Shown here in pieces: positions 9,150-17,059 of a stretch of 64,000 bases of DNA; within the stretch, counting starts at the first letter, position 1; the number at the start of each line of letters is the position of its first letter. Origin of the DNA: an uncultured bacterium (GTDB taxonomy: Bacteria; B130-G9); assembly GCA_965372715.1 (NCBI GenBank), contig CBDVDH010000003.1, forward strand, positions 34,495-98,494, in the 5' to 3' direction. Position numbers and translations under genes: made by a program. Under the pieces are notes generated by a model that did not search any database, was not told the DNA's origin, and saw only the letters and a list, made by a program, of their open reading frames with translations.

Positions 9150-9386
9150 TTACTTGCCTATGAGCCGCAGGTCCGCCACGACCGGCAGCTCAAAGAGGTC
9201 CGTCCGCAGGAGTCGAGTGGAGAAGAATAGCACCTCGAGGTTCTCGACCTCGCCAGTATGGGGGTTGAGACGCGCTATTACTTCGTCCTTCAGCTCCTCC
9301 GACTCCTGCTCCGCGTAGGGAGGGCACTTGTCTATGTGGAGGATGTCGGCCCCCCGATCATACTTGAACCTCAGTGTCTTCTCCAT
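9150..9386 (-). CDS. DUF2283-like small protein (putative antitoxin partner)
   Basis: 78 aa. A DILHI/ILYI-type motif (ADILHIDK) is typical of DUF2283. It lies immediately downstream of a DUF4258-like ORF, and the two are commonly paired. Confidence 0.45.
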   Translation of the reverse strand: MEKTLRFKYDRGADILHIDKCPPYAEQESEELKDEVIARLNPHTGEVENLEVLFFSTRLLRTDLFELPVVADLRLIGK

Positions 9387-9414
9387 TCAATCTCTCCTTC
9401 GCTCAACTTTGTAG

Positions 9415-9699
9415 TTATGTAAGCGGTGCTTCTCCAGTGGCGCTCCATTGTGTCGGGCTCGTGACGACAACCACCACTACATGCTTGCCCCTTCGGAGGT
9501 CAGTAAACCATCGAGAGAACAGATTGGCGCTCCCGAACCGAACGCTTCTGCGGACGAGGTCCGGATCGAAAAGCGTTTCTGTCACCCGGTCCCGGTGCTC
9601 TGGCAACAAATCGGGATGGCGGTCTGCGATGTGACGCTCCCGCTCCTCAGTGAGCTCGACCTCGCCCTTCAGGTAGGGGCAAGGAAACCGGCTCATCAA
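9415..9699 (-). CDS. DUF4258-like small protein (putative toxin partner)
   Basis: 94 aa. The H..R motif region (ERERHIADRHPDL...) is typical of DUF4258. It is paired with the DUF2283-like ORF 29 nt downstream. Confidence 0.45.
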   Translation of the reverse strand: MMSRFPCPYLKGEVELTEERERHIADRHPDLLPEHRDRVTETLFDPDLVRRSVRFGSANLFSRWFTDLRRGKHVVVVVVTSPTQWSATGEAPLT

Positions 9700-9952
9700 C
9701 TCGCTCCGTCCCGGATAGGCACTTCGCTGCGTGTCCTAACGACGAAGCCAGCTGCGTCGTGAGACGCCATCGGTCTCGGCCGTTGCTTAGGCAAATACAA
9801 TCCACCACCGGCAGCATCCAGTCGCAATCTCATACGAGTTCACTCCCCACTTGTGATTATATGGTTTCCAACCGTACCCGTTTTCCGGTTATGCCCCAGA
9901 TAGTACTCCAGGGATGAGATATCACCAAGTATTTGTTGTTCAATAAACGAGC

Positions 9953-9996
9953 TTGACATTAAATCTACTATAATGGTATATTATTGGCAGAGGTGA
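9953..9996 (+). promoter_or_regulatory. Putative sigma70-type promoter and SD for the rrf2-led operon
   Basis: AT-rich island in a GC-rich genome. TTGACA (9953-9958) is followed by N18 then TATATT (9977-9982). The SD GAGGTG (9990-9996) lies just before ATG 10000. Confidence 0.4.
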
Positions 9997-9999
9997 ATA

Positions 10000-10428
10000 A
10001 TGAAACTATCAACACGGTCCAGATACGGACTCAGGGCAATGGTTTTTATAGCTCGCAATGCGGCGCGAGTCGTCTCGAGCGAGATCATCGCAGAGAATGA
10101 GGATGTCTCAAAGAAGTACCTCGACCGGATCCTGAACCAATTGAGGAGGTCCGGCCTGTTGAGAAGCGTCAAAGGGCAGGGTGGAGGATACGTTCTTTCG
10201 AGACCGGCGGACGAGATCCGAACCGATCAGATAATCGCGGCACTTGAGGGCAGTTTGTGCCTCGTTGCGTGCGTTGACGAGCCATCCCTATGCAGGAAAG
10301 CGGCAGACTGCCGCACGCGCAAAGTGTGGTCTCTTATTGCCTCGGCGGTCAGCGAGAGCTTGCGGGGTATTTCCCTTCTTGAGCTTGCGGTCGGGGAAGG
10401 AATGAAAGGGTGTCGCGGCCCACAGTAG
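10000..10428 (+). CDS. Rrf2-family transcriptional regulator (IscR/NsrR-like, putative Fe-S cluster ligands)
   Basis: N-terminal wHTH (MKLSTRSRYGLRAMVFIA...SSEIIAENEDVSKKYLDRILNQLRRSGLLRSVKGQGGGYVLSRP) is the Rrf2 signature. The Cys cluster CLVAC...C....C matches IscR-type cluster ligation spacing. Confidence 0.8.
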   Translation: MKLSTRSRYGLRAMVFIARNAARVVSSEIIAENEDVSKKYLDRILNQLRRSGLLRSVKGQGGGYVLSRPADEIRTDQIIAALEGSLCLVACVDEPSLCRKAADCRTRKVWSLIASAVSESLRGISLLELAVGEGMKGCRGPQ

Positions 10429-11297
10429 GACAACTCGGAGTCAAGAAGGAGTTTGCGCAAATCCCAACCGGCAGGGAGTTTTTGGGAAGGACTATGACGA
10501 GGCAGGGCGAAAGCACGGTTATGTTCTCTGGCGGACTCGATTCCACAACCACCGTCGTGTTGCTGTCCGAGGTCTATGAGAAGTTGCACCTTCTGACGTT
10601 TTGCAATGGCTATGGCCACTGTTTCGTGCGTTGGTCAGAGAAGCAAATGCCTAACTTCGACCGGATACTAGGGAAAGATCGCTATGTTCACATCATTCAA
10701 GACTGCTCGGACCTCTTTGAGCGACTTCTGATCGACACACTGCCCGGGGACTACCGAGCCTACAGGTCCAAGTTCATCTGGTGCATGGCCTGCAAGCTGG
10801 CGATGCACACGTGCACTATAATGTATTGTCTGGAGCACGGGATTCGGCATTCCTCGGACGGGTCATCCACTCAGACCAACTATTACGTGGAGCAGATGGA
10901 GGCGAACCTGAAGGCCATCAAAGACTACTACGGGGAGTTTGGGATAGATTTCTCGATGCCGGTTTACAGGGTTGGCAGTCGAGATGAGGAGAAGCGGATA
11001 CTTGCGCAGAAGGGAATCAAGAAGGTTGGCCTGAGCATCGCGGGCAGGAACCCAGGAACGCAGCCGCTGTGCGTGCCCGGCAACTTGATCTACCTTTTCT
11101 CGACGTTCTTCAAGATACACCCGAGATATGCCGAGCACGATGTTCTGCGATTTATCGACGAGAAGAAAAGAATTGCTGTGTCCTACATGAGAGAAAAGCT
11201 CGGCGAGAAGGGCTTGGACGTGGACCAGCTCGCTCTGAAATTGAAAGGAGGCGAGGCAGCAAGATGGCGTGCTGCGGACTTAGCGGCAAGGGCATGA
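10410..11297 (+). CDS. PP-loop ATP-pyrophosphatase superfamily protein (QueC/LarE/TtuA-like) with conserved CxxC...C; paralog 1
   Basis: PP-loop SGGLDS (MFSGGLDSTTTVVLL) with a QueC-like continuation (LHLLTFCNGYGH). Mid-protein CxxC (FIWCMACKLAMH) and a C-terminal GTQPLC. The true start is possibly the internal M at ~10494 (MTRQGESTVMFSGG). It overlaps the rrf2 stop. Confidence 0.65.
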   Translation: MSRPTVGQLGVKKEFAQIPTGREFLGRTMTRQGESTVMFSGGLDSTTTVVLLSEVYEKLHLLTFCNGYGHCFVRWSEKQMPNFDRILGKDRYVHIIQDCSDLFERLLIDTLPGDYRAYRSKFIWCMACKLAMHTCTIMYCLEHGIRHSSDGSSTQTNYYVEQMEANLKAIKDYYGEFGIDFSMPVYRVGSRDEEKRILAQKGIKKVGLSIAGRNPGTQPLCVPGNLIYLFSTFFKIHPRYAEHDVLRFIDEKKRIAVSYMREKLGEKGLDVDQLALKLKGGEAARWRAADLAARA

Positions 11298-11641
11298 CCT
11301 CAATGCTCGGGTTGCTCGTATTTGTAACTCTTTCGTTCATATTCGGAGGTCTGGGCGTTTTGTTGCTCGGCTTCCTCGGAGTGTTCTCCAAACGCTTCCG
11401 GTTCTGGGCTCGGACGCTCGTGACCGTGCTCTCGGTATCCGTGCCGCGGATGTTTCACGAGCTGCTCAACGATTCGTATTTCTGGCGGCCGGACCTCAAG
11501 TGCGTCGTTTCAGGGAAGCTCTTCGGCTACTCGCCGGCCTTCTCCGGATTTGTTTTCAAGTATTTCAATCTGTTCGTGATAGTAGGGATGTTCGGCCTAA
11601 TGGGTCTCCTGGCGGGCGCAATAGTCAAACTTGCGGGATGA
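11264..11641 (+). CDS. Small integral membrane protein (~125 aa, 3 predicted TM helices)
   Basis: AAGGAGG (11244-11250) upstream of ATG 11264. Hydrophobic segments LGLLVFVTLSFIFGGLGVLLLGFLGVF and FNLFVIVGMFGLMGLLAGAIV. It lies between PP-loop paralog 1 and the cysteine desulfurase. The alternative start is 11294. Confidence 0.4.
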   Translation: MACCGLSGKGMTSMLGLLVFVTLSFIFGGLGVLLLGFLGVFSKRFRFWARTLVTVLSVSVPRMFHELLNDSYFWRPDLKCVVSGKLFGYSPAFSGFVFKYFNLFVIVGMFGLMGLLAGAIVKLAG

Positions 11642-12866
11642 GAGCATGACTTTGGACGTTACGAGCATAAGAAAGCTCTTTCCTGCGCTCCAGGTTAAGG
11701 TCAAGAAGAAACCGGTCGTCTATCTGGACAACGCCTGCATGTCGCTGAAGCCGATTCCCGTTGTTGAGGCGATGAACGATTACTACTATTCATATCCGGG
11801 CTGTCACGGCAGAACGGCCTACTATTTCGGACGGCGCACCACGGAGGAGTATGACCGGGCTCGGGAACGGCTTGCCAGGTTGATCAACGCTCCCCAGTCC
11901 AAGGAGCTGATCTTCGTCAAGAACACCAGCGAGGGCCTGAACCTCGTCGCCAACTCGCTGCCCTTTTCGGAGGGCGATGCCGTGGTCACCACCAATGTGG
12001 AGCACAACTCCAACCTCCTGCCCTGGCAGGTGCTCAAGCGCCGGCGGAAAGTGGAGCACGTCATCGTGAAACTCAGAGAGGACCTGACGTTCGACCGCTC
12101 GGCCCTCACAGAGGCGATGTCGAGCAAGGTGAGGCTCGTCAGCGTGGCCCAAACGTCGAACCTGACGGGCGTGACGATGCCGGTCAAGGAAATCGCTGAA
12201 ATCGCCCACCGTCATGGCGCCCTGGTGATGGTCGATGGGGCACAGTCCGTGGCCCACAGCAAGGTTGACGTTCAGGACCTGGACATCGATATCCTCGTCT
12301 TTTCCGTGCACAAGATGATGGGCCCGACCGGCGTTGGCGTCCTCTGGGCAAAGGAGGAGGTGCTGAACAAGATGGAGCCGTTCATTGTGGGTGGTGAAAC
12401 TGTGCTGAACACGTTCTACGACAGCTATATCCCCGCCGGTCTGCCTGACCGATTCGAGGCGGGACTTCAGAACTACGCGGGGGCAATCGGGGCCGGAGTC
12501 GCGGCGGAATACCTGATGAATCTCGGGCCTGACGAGGTTCACGAGCACGAAGTGGCCCTCAATCGCATCATGACCGATATGCTCAAGGACATTGACGGTC
12601 TTAGCATAATCGGCCCAGACGCCCCTGAACTGCGCGGTGGGATTCTCAACGTGTCCGTCGATGGGATGAAGGCGCTGGAAGTCGCTCGCATACTCGATCA
12701 GGCCAACAACATCATGGTTCGGGCTGGCTACCTCTGCGTCCACTCGTGGTACAACGCCTGCGACTTGCCGCACTCAATCCGCGCCTCGGTCTATGTCTAT
12801 AACACGCCCGCCGAATGCGCGCTATTCGCCGACGTTCTGACCAAACTCGTCAAGCACTACCGGTAG
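11631..12866 (+). CDS. Cysteine desulfurase / class-V aminotransferase (SufS/NifS-like)
   Basis: PLP-lysine motif SVHKMMGPTGVGVL. Putative persulfide cysteine in RAGYLCVHS (compare SufS RSGHHCA). Full-length class-V fold (VYLDNACMS...TSEG.N.VA...DGAQSVAH). Confidence 0.85.
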   Translation: MRDESMTLDVTSIRKLFPALQVKVKKKPVVYLDNACMSLKPIPVVEAMNDYYYSYPGCHGRTAYYFGRRTTEEYDRARERLARLINAPQSKELIFVKNTSEGLNLVANSLPFSEGDAVVTTNVEHNSNLLPWQVLKRRRKVEHVIVKLREDLTFDRSALTEAMSSKVRLVSVAQTSNLTGVTMPVKEIAEIAHRHGALVMVDGAQSVAHSKVDVQDLDIDILVFSVHKMMGPTGVGVLWAKEEVLNKMEPFIVGGETVLNTFYDSYIPAGLPDRFEAGLQNYAGAIGAGVAAEYLMNLGPDEVHEHEVALNRIMTDMLKDIDGLSIIGPDAPELRGGILNVSVDGMKALEVARILDQANNIMVRAGYLCVHSWYNACDLPHSIRASVYVYNTPAECALFADVLTKLVKHYR

Positions 12867-12875
12867 GGGTTCTCT

Positions 12876-13691
12876 GTGTCTCAGTGTCTCTGTGGTGAGA
12901 GGATAGACGTCGTGAAGGAGAACGAACCGGAGCGGAGTGCGAGGAGGCCGGCTGTTACGTTGATGTATTCGGGCGGGTTGGATTCGACGGTCACGGCACT
13001 GACGCTTGCCGGGCAATACGACAAGGTTCATTTGCTCACTTACGCCCGGGGTTATGGTCACTGGTTCGTGGGCCGGTCAAGGGTGCGCGTCCCGGAGCTC
13101 GAAAAGCACCTCGAAAGGAGCGTTTTCACTCAGTTTAGAGCCAGCGTGAAGGGACTCTTCAAGAAGATCGTCCTCGATAGCTTCGTCGCGGATTTCAGGA
13201 AGTACAAAGCGTTGTTTATTGTCTGCGTGGGCTGCAAGATGGCGATGCACGCCCGTTCGGTGATCTACAACCTCGAACACGGAATCCCATGCGTGTCTGA
13301 TGGGTCCGCCGAGACGACGGCCTGGATGCCGGACCAGATGCCGGTCACGCTGGCCGAATACAAACGGCTTCACGAGGACTACGGGCTGACCTACTCGAAT
13401 CCTGTCTATCACTTCGGCACCCGGGAGAAGGCGCGTGAGACGCTTCGCGCGGCGGGCCTCTCGATGGGGCGCCGCATCGCGGACCGGGACTTCGGGACGC
13501 AGCCTGTCTGCCTCTTCGGCGACGTAATCACGATATTCCGCGAGTTCATGAAGGTCGGCCTCCCGCTGAAGGAGGAGAGCATCGTGGATTTCATGCGTGA
13601 GAAGCGGCCAATCCTCGACGACTACATCAAGGATTACTTTGTCCAGAACGGCCTTGATTTATACGAGCTGAAGGAGCGGGTGGCCCAGTGA
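12876..13691 (+). CDS. PP-loop ATP-pyrophosphatase superfamily protein with conserved CxxC...C; paralog 2
   Basis: LMYSGGLDSTVTALTL, VHLLTYARGYGH, FIVCVGCKMAMH, GTQPVCLFGD. Collinear with paralogs 1 and 3. Confidence 0.65.
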   Translation: MSQCLCGERIDVVKENEPERSARRPAVTLMYSGGLDSTVTALTLAGQYDKVHLLTYARGYGHWFVGRSRVRVPELEKHLERSVFTQFRASVKGLFKKIVLDSFVADFRKYKALFIVCVGCKMAMHARSVIYNLEHGIPCVSDGSAETTAWMPDQMPVTLAEYKRLHEDYGLTYSNPVYHFGTREKARETLRAAGLSMGRRIADRDFGTQPVCLFGDVITIFREFMKVGLPLKEESIVDFMREKRPILDDYIKDYFVQNGLDLYELKERVAQ

Positions 13692-13984
13692 CCGGATGAG
13701 CCTTTAGTGAGGGTGTCTTTTGCCCCTGAACCGGTCGGTTACGAAGGCTGGCTTGCGCCCGATACACGCCAACCCTTGGTGCTCGCCGCCTAACGCAGCC
13801 CAAAGGGGACAGGCGCCCTCACCCCCTCCGAGGCGCGCTATCAGACAGGTTCGGCCCCTTCAGGGCCGATCTTGGGGAGGTGGGGATGCGTTTCGATTCC
13901 GTAGGTTAGCACCTACGACTACCGGTGTGTTCCCCCGTCGGGGAGAGCTTCAGGACGGAAATCGCTGGCCACAAGGATAGATTG

Positions 13985-15454
13985 CTATCCCCCCTTCATC
14001 TGCCCCTTCAATAGCTCAAGGTTCTCCCGGACAAGTCTCGTCTTCGGATGATCGTCGCCCAGGAACTTCCTGAATATTGCAATCGCCCGCTCATAGCACT
14101 CCTTCGCGCCGTTCAGATCGCCAAGGGCCTTAAGCACCAAGCCAAGATTATTCACGCAAGTAGCAACTGTCGGATGGTCCAGGCCATAGGAATCCTCAGC
14201 TATAGAACGACCCCGCTCACAAGACTTCTTAGCGCTATTCAGATTGCCAAGGGCCTGAAGCACTATGCCAAGATTGCTGACCCGAATGGCAACGTTCGGA
14301 TGGCCCGGGCCAAAAGCCTTCTCGTCGATAGCAAGCGCTCGCTCAATACACTTCTTCGCGCCATTCAGATTACCAAGGGCCTGAAGCACTATGCCAAGAT
14401 TGCTGACCCGAATCGCAACGTTCGGATGGTCCGAGCCAAAAGCCTTCTCGTCGATAGCAAGCGCTCGCTCAATAGACTTCTTCGCGCCATTCAGATCGCC
14501 AAGGGCCTGAAGCACTATGCCAAGATTGTTCAGGTGAGTCGCAACTTCAGGATGATCAGGGCCAAAAGCCTTCTCGTCGATAGCAAGCGCTCGCTCATAA
14601 CGCTCCTTCGCGCCGTTGAGATCGCCAAGGTCGCGAAGCACCGAGCCAAGATTGTTCACGTCCCTCGCAACATCGGGGTGGTCCGGGCCATAAGAAGCCT
14701 CGTCTATCTTAAGTGCTCGCTCAAAACGCTCCTTCGCGCCGTTGAGATCGGCAAGGTCTTGAAGCACCATGCCAAGATTGTTCACGTAAGCTGCAACTGT
14801 CGGATGGTCCGGGCCATAGCAAGCCTCGTGTACGGCAAGCGCCCGCTCATAACACTCCTTCGCGCCCTTCAGGTCACCAAGGTTCTGAAGTACCGAGCCG
14901 AGATTGTTCACGTCAGTCCCAACTCGAGCATGATCGGGGCCAAGAGCCTTCTCGTCGATGGCAATCGCTCGCTCAAAAGACTCCTTCGCCCCTTTCAGGT
15001 CACCAAGGTCCTGAAGTACCGTGCCGAGATTGTTCACAATCGTCGCAACCTCGGGATGATCTGGGCTATAGACCGCCTCATAGATCGCAAGCGCCCGCTC
15101 GTAACAGTCCTTGGCCTGTGAGAAGTCAGCGCGGCCTCCCAGATACAGGCCAGCCTGATTGAGCAGGCGCCTGAGAGCATTCGAAGCCAGGCCAATCGCT
15201 TCCGCGTGGCCGGCCGCGGCGAGCGCATGCGCTATCAGCCGGGAGCATTCGGACCAGGTCGTAACGTCATGACTGTCGTCCGGAAAGGCGTCGTTCAGTA
15301 GCTCGACTGCCGCCTCGACCAAATCAGTTTTGTTCTGACCTGACAGCCTGTCTCGCGCGACAGCCTGAAGCAATCGGTGCAGGCTGGCGTGGTTTCCTTC
15401 CCGGTCGATCAACGAGTAGCGCTTCAGGTTCTGGACGGCCTTGTCGAATCGCAT
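13985..15454 (-). CDS. TPR-repeat segment (C-terminal part of an interrupted TIR-NB-ARC-TPR STAND protein)
   Basis: About 10 tandem 42-aa TPR_10/12-like units (NNLG.VLQ.LGDL.GAKE..ERALAIDEKA.GPDHP.VA). It is in the same frame as the upstream NB-ARC ORF. The sequence just after the in-frame TAG (LKRYSLIDREGNHASLHRLLQAVARDRL) is the winged-helix motif normally contiguous with NB-ARC. Confidence 0.8.
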   Translation of the reverse strand: MRFDKAVQNLKRYSLIDREGNHASLHRLLQAVARDRLSGQNKTDLVEAAVELLNDAFPDDSHDVTTWSECSRLIAHALAAAGHAEAIGLASNALRRLLNQAGLYLGGRADFSQAKDCYERALAIYEAVYSPDHPEVATIVNNLGTVLQDLGDLKGAKESFERAIAIDEKALGPDHARVGTDVNNLGSVLQNLGDLKGAKECYERALAVHEACYGPDHPTVAAYVNNLGMVLQDLADLNGAKERFERALKIDEASYGPDHPDVARDVNNLGSVLRDLGDLNGAKERYERALAIDEKAFGPDHPEVATHLNNLGIVLQALGDLNGAKKSIERALAIDEKAFGSDHPNVAIRVSNLGIVLQALGNLNGAKKCIERALAIDEKAFGPGHPNVAIRVSNLGIVLQALGNLNSAKKSCERGRSIAEDSYGLDHPTVATCVNNLGLVLKALGDLNGAKECYERAIAIFRKFLGDDHPKTRLVRENLELLKGQMKGG

Positions 15455-15502
15455 TCTGTCTTTGGCCGCGGCGGCAAGCGAACGCGGCAGAAAGCGCGCG
15501 CC

Positions 15503-16903
15503 CTAGCGGATCACGTCCAGCGGGATTCTGTCCGGCGCGAAGAAGGCGAAGAGATTCATCAATTCTGCCGCAACGGGGCGTTCCTCTTTGAACTTCTCTG
15601 ATGTGATCTCCCAGGTGGTTGCGACGGATTTCTCGTACGGGTCCAAGTTAGAGCATCGCTCCAGAAGCTCCTTCTGCCGCTTTCGAAAGAGATCGAGGTA
15701 GTCTGAGGCGGAGCAACCCGTCTCCTCCAGGTAGGCCGCCGCCTGTTCCAGCGCGAGCGGAAAGTCGCCGAGCTCCCTCGAAAGCTCGCGGAAACCCGCA
15801 TCGTCCTCTCTGCCCGTTCGTTTGCCAATGAACTCGACGGATTTGTCAGGCTCAAACTCCTTCACCTTGATCGGCTGCGCGATGCCCCTGAAGCTCGGAT
15901 TCCGAGAGGTCGCGATCACGTGGCCTTTGCCGCCCTCTGGAATCAAGTCGGCAATGTCGCTTGGCTCACAGACGTTGTCGAAGACGAGAAGCCAACCTCG
16001 CCGCCGCCCGAGCTCCCTTCTCACCGCCTCAATGGCTTCGGGCTGGTTCATGGGATCGATGCCCGGCAGCTTAAGCTCCGCGCCCAGTGAGGCATAGTCG
16101 TCCCGCAGCGTTGGGGCAAGCTCGGACCTCATCCACCAGACGATCTCGTAGTCGGCGCAGTGCCGATACACGTATTCGAGCGCAATCTGCGTCTTCCCGA
16201 TGCCGCCCAGGCCGTGCATCGCCTGTGATATGACGCCGACCTTGCCAGAACTCAATGCACTCTCCAACCTGGCAAGATGCTCCTCGCGGCCCGTGAAGTT
16301 GCGGTTCCTCGAATGCGGCACGTTCCAGACCGGGGGCAATGCACCGGGGAAACGCCGACCTGGAGGCTCTTTAGCCACATCCTCGGCAATGCCCGGAAAT
16401 TCGGGCCTGGTGGTCGCTTCGCTCGGGCCCATGAGATCGGCAAGCAGTTTTGCTCTGGCTTGGTCTTCATTCAGGGCCGCCAGATTGATGTACTTCCTGC
16501 CCGAGAGAATCCCGAGCGGCGTGTCCTTATCAATCAAGACCGGGACAAATCGTGAAGGCTGACCTTCTTCATTTGTGTAGAGAGCGGACGATATCTCGTC
16601 CCAAACAGCACGAGATGCTAACGAACGAGGGGAGAGCAGAACCATGACGCGCTCCGCCTCGAGCGAGGCGTCATACATGTGCTTGTGGATGTTCTCTCCG
16701 GTCCCGAAGTCCCTTTTGTCTCGAATATAAGTGTAATTCACGCCGTCCAACTGCCAGCAGATCCAATCGGCCCACTGCGAATCGCCATGAGAGTAGCTTA
16801 TGAAAAAGTCCTTCATCTCAAATCCAATTGTGGTGCGAACGGGCGTAATAACCGACAAGAGGAAAGAATGAGCTATTCGAGGCCCGAAATCAATGAATAT
16901 CAA
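15503..16903 (-). CDS. TIR domain + NB-ARC (STAND) ATPase segment; the ORF terminates at an in-frame TAG 16 codons before the TPR ORF
   Basis: TIR signature FFISYSHGDSQWADWICWQLD. P-loop GLGGIGKTQIALEY, Walker B LLVFDNV and a GHVIATSRN (RNBS-like) motif. The stop TAG at 15503-15505 is in frame with the 13985..15454 ORF. Confidence 0.75.
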   Translation of the reverse strand: MIFIDFGPRIAHSFLLSVITPVRTTIGFEMKDFFISYSHGDSQWADWICWQLDGVNYTYIRDKRDFGTGENIHKHMYDASLEAERVMVLLSPRSLASRAVWDEISSALYTNEEGQPSRFVPVLIDKDTPLGILSGRKYINLAALNEDQARAKLLADLMGPSEATTRPEFPGIAEDVAKEPPGRRFPGALPPVWNVPHSRNRNFTGREEHLARLESALSSGKVGVISQAMHGLGGIGKTQIALEYVYRHCADYEIVWWMRSELAPTLRDDYASLGAELKLPGIDPMNQPEAIEAVRRELGRRRGWLLVFDNVCEPSDIADLIPEGGKGHVIATSRNPSFRGIAQPIKVKEFEPDKSVEFIGKRTGREDDAGFRELSRELGDFPLALEQAAAYLEETGCSASDYLDLFRKRQKELLERCSNLDPYEKSVATTWEITSEKFKEERPVAAELMNLFAFFAPDRIPLDVIR

Positions 16904-16988
16904 GAGGAACAGATGAGAGGGCGGGGCATACCTGAAGACTATCCAAGTGCGCTCTGGGCAATATCCACAAGTTAGGAAGTTAATCAGA

Positions 16989-17039
16989 GGCGATGCCGGG
17001 TCATCGCGAGTGAAAGCGGTGCCGGGTCACCGCACTCCA
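16989..17039. repeat. Double-hairpin ~50-nt repeat element, family B copy 1
   Basis: GGCGATGCCGGGTCATCGC-GAGTGAAA-GCGGTGCCGGGTCACCGC-ACTCCA. A second copy with the same architecture lies at 53329-53379. Confidence 0.6.
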
Positions 17040-17059
17040 TACAGGCAGCCCGCTAAATC

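Larger units (their letters stand above)
13985..16903 (-). pseudogene. TIR-NB-ARC-TPR STAND NTPase (~970 aa) disrupted by a single in-frame TAG (15503-15505), or a sequencing error
   Basis: Both ORFs share one frame. The NB-ARC winged-helix motif spans the stop. TAG is used as a true terminator elsewhere in this window (clpC-like gene 26176-26178), so recoding is unlikely. Confidence 0.55.

Noticed and set aside
13700-13984. Possible tRNA/tmRNA/SRP-like structured RNA in the 285-nt gap after PP-loop paralog 2 (contains GTTTCGATTCC, reminiscent of a T-loop, and several GC stems).
   Set aside because: No full cloverleaf (no acceptor/D/anticodon arms in register). No tmRNA tag-reading frame and no SRP domain-IV motif. 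It remains an unassigned GC-rich spacer that might be a 3' UTR.
15503-15505. In-frame TAG as a programmed recoding or sense codon.
   Set aside because: TAG is used as the genuine stop of the clpC-like gene (26176-26178). No recoding signals are recognisable. A nonsense mutation or sequencing error is more parsimonious.
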